Shown here: in pieces, positions 52,484 through 64,000 of the stretch
Layout of the letters: each line of letters opens with the position of its first letter
Numbering within the stretch: position 1 is the first letter of the stretch
From: Eledone cirrhosa
Lineage: Eukaryota
DNA: 64,000 bases
NCBI GenBank assembly: GCA_964016885.1
Contig: OZ024742.1
Location: 239,878,001-239,942,000 of the forward strand
Direction: 5' to 3'
Notes under the pieces: generated by a model
Databases searched by the model: none
The model's input: the letters and a program-made list of their open reading frames with translations, nothing else
Told to the model about the DNA's origin: nothing
Translations under genes and position numbers: made by a program

Positions 52484-54057
52484 ACTCTTTAGCTGCCATT
52501 TTTTATTTTTTTTATTTGAAAGTCCCCCACCCCCTCAATGCTGGAAGTGGTGAATAGATCACATAGTATATGATCTAAGCTATATATTGTAGAACTAAGG
52601 GTGTTTTCAGGTGACTTGATATCAAAAGTGTTAAACACTTTTAGTGTATGTTTTAATATCTGATGTCTTAGATACCTTAACTTGTTTGATTTTGCAAATT
52701 GGTCGTGTAACATGACAAACATAATCGATTCCCCATCTCACAAGACCTGTATATTACAAGCTAACCATGCCAAGAACCAAAGTTTGCAGTTAATAGAAAG
52801 CCATGTTAACAACACCTGTTTCCAATACCTCTTTCACTCAATCAATATCCAGTGATTTTAAACTACATCATTCACACACACACAAACAAACATAATCTTC
52901 ATCATCATTTTTATTTTACATCTATTTTCCATGCTGGCATGGGTGAGACAGGTTGTCAAATTCTGAGGTAAGGTAGGTCAGATGACTGCATCTCATTCTG
53001 GCATAGTTTCTACGGTTGAATGCCCTTCCAAATGCCAACCACTTTGCAGCATGTGCTAGTGGACTAGATGCTTTTTATTGTGGCACCAATGCTACCATTT
53101 TGCAGAGTTGGCTGGGTGCACACACACTGTTTAAATCACACCTCCTACCCACAAAAAACAAAATTGTTATTCTGTAAGCGACTTTACTAGTGGGTCTGCA
53201 AAAACCTCATTCAAAACATATGCCATAATAAATATCTGTAAAATTGAAATGCAATTTGCAAATGAATGTACATACTAGTAAACGCATATGACAAAACATT
53301 TCCTTTTGGTAAAGAAAGAAATCTTATTTTCTTCAAAACTCATTGACTTTTAATGTCCTGTACCACATGAAATCACATTAGCAAGACAAAGTACAAAACA
53401 GCATTATGATGGTATCATATTAAAGATTTGAAGTCTTTACTCTAATACTTCAAATGTTCACAATGATCTGTTCACTAGAAATATTTAAATCAAGAAAGTC
53501 ATTTTTGATATTTTCTGCAAAATCATTACGCGTAAAAAGTTAATTATGTAAAATATATTTCTCATAAGATCAAATTTAAACTAGCGGGGTTATTACATCT
53601 CCATTCATACTACAAAGAAATATAATACATAGAAAATGGGATGTATAATATGATATGCATACATGTATATATAATATTGCATTAAAGACGTGACTATGTT
53701 AGTTTCATTTTATTTATGATTTTTCATATTTTCTTATTGGTCCTTTATGTTTAGTCTGGAGCAACTGTTCTCAAATCTATTTGTCCATTAACCTTTTCAT
53801 GATTGTATTTCTAATGAAAAGTTCTATTTCAATTAATTAATGAAGAATTTTGATGGATTTTCTAAAATTATTAATTACTTCATTACTAAGATAGATAACT
53901 TGATATATGTTTCTTATATAAATTATGTTTGGAAAATTTTAATTTAAATAGGAACCCTTTACAAAACGAGTAGTTTTCTTTCATAGAATTAGAACCTGGT
54001 TGATATCAAAAGGGCCAACATTTTAAAACATTCTCGCCCTCACTATCAGAATGAAAT

Positions 54058-54287
54058 AATGATTTCTACTACAGGAACGAACAAGGCCAGCAATTTTGGG
54101 GGAGGGGAAGGTCGATTAAATCTACCCCAGTGCATTACTGATGCTTTTATTTATTTTATCAACACCGTAAGGATGAAAGGCAAAGCTAACCTCCGTGGGG
54201 TTTAAACTCAGAACATAAAGGGTCGTAACACTATGTTGCAAAGCATGGTGTCCGACACTCTACCGATTCTGCCAATCCATCGCCCTT
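54058..54287 (-). mobile_element. tRNA-derived SINE family 1
   Basis: Colinear with 8459-8646; flanking atgaaat(a/g)at duplication. Confidence 0.8.
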
Positions 54288-55512
54288 GATATGAAATGAT
54301 AATAATGGTGTGTTGTTGTGTCCCAAGCATAATAGGAATACTGGTTTAACTGATCAAATTACCAACACTACATTCAGAAATTATTGAACAGTTAACTCCT
54401 GTTGGGTTCCATGGTTTGTACAACACCTCAATGCAAATATGGGGTACATAGGAAATGAAGGTGCCTACTACACCTACAAAACCTCAATTCAAAATATTTT
54501 CTCTTTCTTTTTCCTGTAACTCGTAAGGGTGTCTAACTTACACACGGTGGATTTGGGGCACTTTTAAACCTGGTGGAGCCCAACTCGTATCCATGTCTGA
54601 ATATAGAAGATTTCTTCCAGAGAAAGATTAGAGAGAGGGAGAGAATGGAAATCAAAAAGAAATATAGAGGAAGAATTGACCCCAGTGCTAGACTGGTACT
54701 TTTTGTTTTATTGACCTTGAATGGATGAAAGGCAAAGTTGACCGCAGCAGGATTTGAATTCAGAGAAGAGATAGCTGAAACAAATACCATAAAGCATTCT
54801 ATCCGATGTTCTAATGGTACAGTGTAAATATTGTATGTAAAAATGAAAATGAAATTTAAATAGCAGTGCGACAAATACACAAATAAACAAGGAAATTTAC
54901 AGTTCACACATGGGTTTAGCTGACCTCCTACAAGGTATCTCAAAAAAGGTTTTCTTGGGTGTTATAATGATAGGATTTCCAGTCCTGTCATAAAAAGCAA
55001 TGTGAAAACACCAAGAACAAAAATACATATCCAGGAATCGAACCCTGGACCTTATGATCTTGCATTCAACACCCTAACCACTATATCACATGCCTAATGT
55101 ATTTCTAATTAAACACACTATTTCAATTAATTAATAAAGAATTTTGAAAGACTATAGCCTTAGATACATGATCTTTGAATAGAAGATAAGATGATTACAG
55201 ATGAAGCATCTTTGCTCAGATCTGCCAATCAAGGCTGACCTGGGGATATGTGTTATACAAAAACATTTTCGCTTTCTGAAAAGCTGCCATCTATCATTGG
55301 CATTGGCATTGAGGTGACTTTTCAAAAGACTGGTTTTAGCTGGATTAGTATGAAAAGGGTTAAACTGACTATAGGCTTCCCTGCCTTTCAATATTCTATA
55401 AAATATATAAGTAAAAGCAAAACAAAAGGTATTAGATAGTAATTAGGGTGATTAAATATAAATAGAACTATTTCTTAGTAGACTAAACCAATAAGTAAAT
55501 CTAAGATAAAGG

Positions 55513-55546
<34 letters not shown>

Positions 55547-55549
<3 letters not shown>

Positions 55550-55895
55550 TGTTTCTACTTTTGGCACAAGGCCAAAAATTACCCAGTACATTACTGGTAC
55601 TTTATTTTTGTTTCTACTTTTGGCACAAGGCCAGCAATTACCCAGTGCATTACTGGTACTTTATTTTATTGACCCCATAAGGATGAAAGGCAAAGTTTAA
55701 TAATAATTGTTTCTACTTTTGGCACAAGGCCAGCAATTATTCAATGCATTACTGGTACTTTATTCTATCGACCCCGGAAGGATGAAAGGCAAAGTTAACC
55801 TCGGCGCGATTTGAACTCAGATCATACAGGGAGGTAACTCTATGCTTCAAAGCATGGCATCCGATCCTCTACCGATACTGCCAATCCACCGCCTT
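55547..55895 (-). mobile_element. Nested/tandem family-1 SINEs next to an (AAT)n array
   Basis: The full copy 55708-55895 is flanked by the 17-bp duplication caaagtttaataataat and preceded by two partial 3' units. Confidence 0.85.
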
Positions 55896-57972
55896 CAAAG
55901 TTTAATAATAATGACAAAATATCAGTTGGTTTGCAGAGATCATTAGAAATAATGTCAAAAAAATGTTTCTCCATAAAGAATTTATAAAATATGGCTTGCA
56001 ACCAGTAAGTGCATCTATATGTTGTTTCTTACCTAAAGAAATAATGTTGGCTAAAGATAAACCCACCTACAGTTAAGTAACAATATAACAACAGAATAAA
56101 TAAAGTATATAGTCGTCACCCCATAGTTAGAGATATGATCTGTCAAGCGACAACTGAATATAGAGCTACTAGTTCCAGCAATTATGACCTACCTAAGTGA
56201 ATCAAGAATGGTAGGTAGGCACGTAGGTGTACACACACAGACTGTGATAAACCTGCCTAAGCTTAGAGAAAAGACGATAATGATCAGCCAAAGAATGAAT
56301 ATGTTATAAGAACAAAGAAATGATTAAACAAAGCTAGCAACAAACCCCTGAGTTTCATATCAAGAGCAATTATCTATTAATATATGTGTCAAGGACAAGA
56401 CAACCTTTCTGGTGCTGCTGCCACAATAGAACAAAGCCAGTGCAATTTGTAAAGTGGTTGGTGATAGGAATGGCATCTAGTCATAGAAAACTTACTAAAA
56501 CAAAGAATTGGAAGATCTTTCCAGTTGTGTCAAAGACATGACAACCTCACTAGTGCTAGCGCTATGAAAAAATACACCCAGTATAGTGTGGGATTGTATG
56601 TCAACGAGATGCACCCACCCCACCCCGTTTGATAGGTCAGTTGCTCTGATTGAGTACTGACTTTGTCTGTGATGACCTGTCTAACCCTTGTTATCAGTGA
56701 AAACATATGTTAAAGGGTGGTGGTGATCATGATGATATGCTCAACAATATGTTTTAGAAAAGAAAAGTTTTAAAAAAAGAAACAAATAAAGGACAAATGA
56801 TATATCAGTAGTTTGATATAAATCGTAATATAAGCTCTACATTTCAGATGTATTAATTAAAAAAACCAAAGACCAGATTTAACCATTTTGATTAGCAACC
56901 TACCCAAAAGCACCAATGTTTTTATGAGATAGTTCCCATTGTACTTGATCACTCAATTATATCGAATATCTTTTGTTTTCCTTTTAATTATATATTTTAT
57001 AGAATATTGAAAAGTAGACAATCCCATGGCCAATCTGTTTAACACTTTTGATACCAACTCAAACTTCCCCTATTTCAAAAGGTTCCTACATTCATTAAAA
57101 TCTTCCAACATAACTTTAAATAAGAACCTTTTATTAAGTTACATTACAAATACCATCTTAATGATAGAATATTTACTCATTTTGGTAAATCCCTTCAAAT
57201 TCTTCGCCAATTAATTAAAATACAATGTATTTCATTAAACATAGCTATAAAATGTTTATTAGAGTACTCGATACATTTATGTAGATTTAGCTGGCCTCCT
57301 ATGAAGTTAAATCTCATAGGAGATTTGTTGGGTTTTTAATGGTAGGGTCCCTAGACTTATCATAAAAACACTTTCCTCTTAGACAAGGCACCCATCTGTT
57401 CCATAGGGTAACTCCCAGTTGTTACTGTTGATGCTTTTATTAGGTAATGTAATTTTTAATAATAGATAGATCTCAAGTATTTAGAACCATTTCTAGTGAA
57501 AGACATGATTTCCAAATAATTTTTAACATTTTTTCAAACTACCTGGAACTGCTACTGGTCCTATGATACAAAACTGTATTTTTTCATTATTAATGATAGT
57601 GTTAGGAGCATAATTTAAAAGATGTTTTTACATAAAATTATGACAAATTTCGAAAGATAAATATAAACACTTCAAAACAAACAGTTTTGTATCATAGAAC
57701 CATGGGTGGTTTGGGGTGATTAGGCATCAAAAGGGATAATTACAATTAGAATTATTGTAATAAAACATTTCAGTAATTTTCAAATGCTAATGTCCTATAC
57801 TTCTCCAAAGGTCAAAATTATCCGGAAGCTTATGTTGTGGATAAAATGTGAGCTAAATAGGATTGTTTCTATTCCATATCTTATTCCAACACTATTGAAA
57901 ATAAAATAGCTAAAATGGAATCAAATATTAATGCCTAATCACAATTGGACACAGAACTTCAGTTTTAATCTG

Positions 57973-58007
<35 letters not shown>

Positions 58008-58599
58008 TGAACTGACATAAAATATCAAATAATATTTGTGATCTGAATATATCATTATTCATATTGATGAGCGAGATGCAGATCCTAGCCTGTTTGGGAG
58101 ACTAGTAGCTCCACTTTAGTACTGACTTGGTCTATATAGACCCATTCAACACTTGCTAGCAGGGAAAATAGATGTTAAAACAATAACGATGATATACTAT
58201 TTGTTTGGTTGATTATTTAACATCTTATAATTATTTAACATTCATCATCATCATAATCATTTTACGTCCGCTTTTCCCTGCTTGCAAGGGTGGGACGGAA
58301 ACTGGTGCTGGCTTGATTTCTACAGCTGGATGCCCTTCCTAACACCAACCTCATTTACAGTGAGTGCTGGGTGGTTTTTTGCCGTGGCACCTCCACGACC
58401 ACTTTGCAGTGGAATGATAGGGACTCCAGTCCCTATCATCTCATTTCTACAGCTGAGTAAACTGGAGCAATGTGAAATAAAGTGTCTTGCTCAAGGAAAC
58501 AACACATCACCCGGTCTGAGAATTGAACTCACAACCTTTCGATTGCAAGGCCAATGCTCTAACCACTAAGCCATGTTTCTCCATCTAAGCCATGTGCCT

Positions 58600-62304
<3,705 letters not shown>

Positions 62305-62452
62305 CCCATGCTACCGTGGAAGATAGACATTAAACGATGATGATGATTATATATATATACGGGTTTGTTAATTAAAATATAGTACATTTACTAGAGTACT
62401 TTTTAATGTGATGCACTCATTTTTCTAAATGTTGCATATACAAAGTTATTAC

Positions 62453-62680
62453 TTAACCGTTAACATCCTGTAAATATTTAGCATAAAATAACTAAAAACA
62501 GTTTTGTTAATTCAAATGTTTATAGTATCTTTACTAATGGCCAAGTCATAGTGAACATTTGCAGTATTAGGAGAGTAAAGTCTTCAGTTTTTAATGTGAT
62601 GCAGTCATAATGCAGATTTGTACTTTTCCAGAATGTCTTGCTAATACAGTTTCATATGATACAGGACGATTAATAGTTAA
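62453..62680. mobile_element. TTAA-flanked MITE family 2
   Basis: Imperfect TIRs ttaaccgttaacatcctgta / tacaggacgattaatagttaa. Related sequence at ~7170-7345, 8931-9107, 10735-10890 and 53345-53543. Confidence 0.65.
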
Positions 62681-63882
62681 AAACTAAGGATGAATAGCAG
62701 TACCCATAGCCTTTGCATGCCGATTTAGAAAGCCATTTAAAAAGTGTAGGCAGAGAGAATGAGGTTCCAGAGGAATACAGTTTTTAGTAGGAGGACTGGG
62801 TATTTCTAACTTGTGAGAAATGATCTCTAAGAATCACTGTGTATATAGTGATATTTTAGTTAATGAATAATTTTTTTTTTTAATTCAGCAAGGATGACAA
62901 CAGTGAATTGCAGAAGATGATAGAAATAAAGCCAGAGAAATGGAATGAGGTGGTTGGGTCATGTGTTGAGGAAGGATGAAAGTGACTGGTTGTTACTGTT
63001 TTTTACAGCTCATACCTATACAGGTTTAGCTGGTCTCCTATGAAGTTGCATCTCATATTAGATTTCTTGGGTGTTTTAATTATCACAGCCAATAGTTCTA
63101 TCATGAAAGGCTATGTGAAATGAAGCAATTTGCTCAACAACAAAGCGCACACCTCTATAAAGAAATTAAACCTATATAACATTGTGATCATGAGTCAAAT
63201 ATTGAGGAAGGGTGAATGTGACTGGGTGAGAGGAGTGATGGAAATAGAGGCAGCGATGAATGTTGTGAAGAGAAATAGAGTGTGATGGTTGAGTCGTGTG
63301 TTGAGGAAGGATGAAAGTGACTGAGTGAAAGGAGTGGTGGAAATGAATGTGGGAAGAAATAGAGAAAGAGGAAGACCAAAAAAGACATGGCTAAAAATGA
63401 GAGAGCAAGGAGTGAAAGGCAAAGCATTAGTGAAGAGAGGTGCAAGAAATAGGTTATGAGGCCTGCAAGAGTACTTTAACAAAGAAAATGGCCTTAAAAC
63501 GCTTGTATAATCTAAAATGTTTTTCTGGCCAGAGAAGAAAAAAACAGTAACCTTATATCTTAAGGTACAATATTCTTTAGCTAATATGTTCTCATTTCTT
63601 TTTCTTTTACCTTCTTTTATTGGCTTCAGTCACTAAGCTGTGACCATACTGGGACACCATCTTGAAGGTATTTAGTCAATCATCTCAACCGCAGTACTTT
63701 TTTTTTCTTTTTTTTTTTCAAATCTGGCATTTATTTTATCATTCTCTAAGTTCTGAACTACTAAGTTATGGGACTAAATATAGAGACATGAACGCACACA
63801 CGTACACACACACACGGGTATATACATATATATGGTGGGCTTCTGCAGTTTCCATCTCCTAAATTTCACTCATATGGGATTG

Positions 63883-64000
63883 GTTAACCTTTTAATGTTC
63901 AAACCGGCCAGAATTCTCTACCTTTTTCTGTTGAAACTGGCTGTAACTGGTCACTCAAACTGATGTTAAGGTATTGTTCTCAAAATAAATACTTTCAAAA
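63883..64000. mobile_element. Start of a TTAA-flanked (piggyBac-like) element, cut by the window end
   Basis: TTAAccttttaatgttcaaaccggccagaattc...; reverse complement of 8806-8931. Confidence 0.65.

Overview
AT-rich animal genomic DNA, most likely a coleoid cephalopod (Octopus-like), inferred from the SINE/RTE repertoire and very long (TA)n arrays. The whole window appears to lie inside a minus-strand liprin-alpha (PPFIA/syd-2) gene. Only two short phase-0 coding exons are recognisable (48901-49002 and 23036-23110). The conserved exon expected between them was not found and may sit in the 200-N gap. The rest is intron filled with mobile DNA: tRNA-derived SINEs, TTAA-flanked MITEs, two non-autonomous Helitrons, a 71-bp minisatellite, and a LINE pile-up at 24.5-41.4 kb where at least four non-LTR families sit in (TA)n arrays. 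Most notable are an RTE-like LINE family with a C4HC3 PHD finger inserted inside its reverse transcriptase, two independent 5'-inverted (twin-primed) copies of a LINE lacking a 3'UTR, a short non-autonomous RTE derivative and a head-to-head chimera of it, and long inverted LINE copies flanking a liprin exon. Most ORFs in the supplied track are microsatellite or antisense artefacts. All family assignments come from motif recognition by eye; no searches were run.
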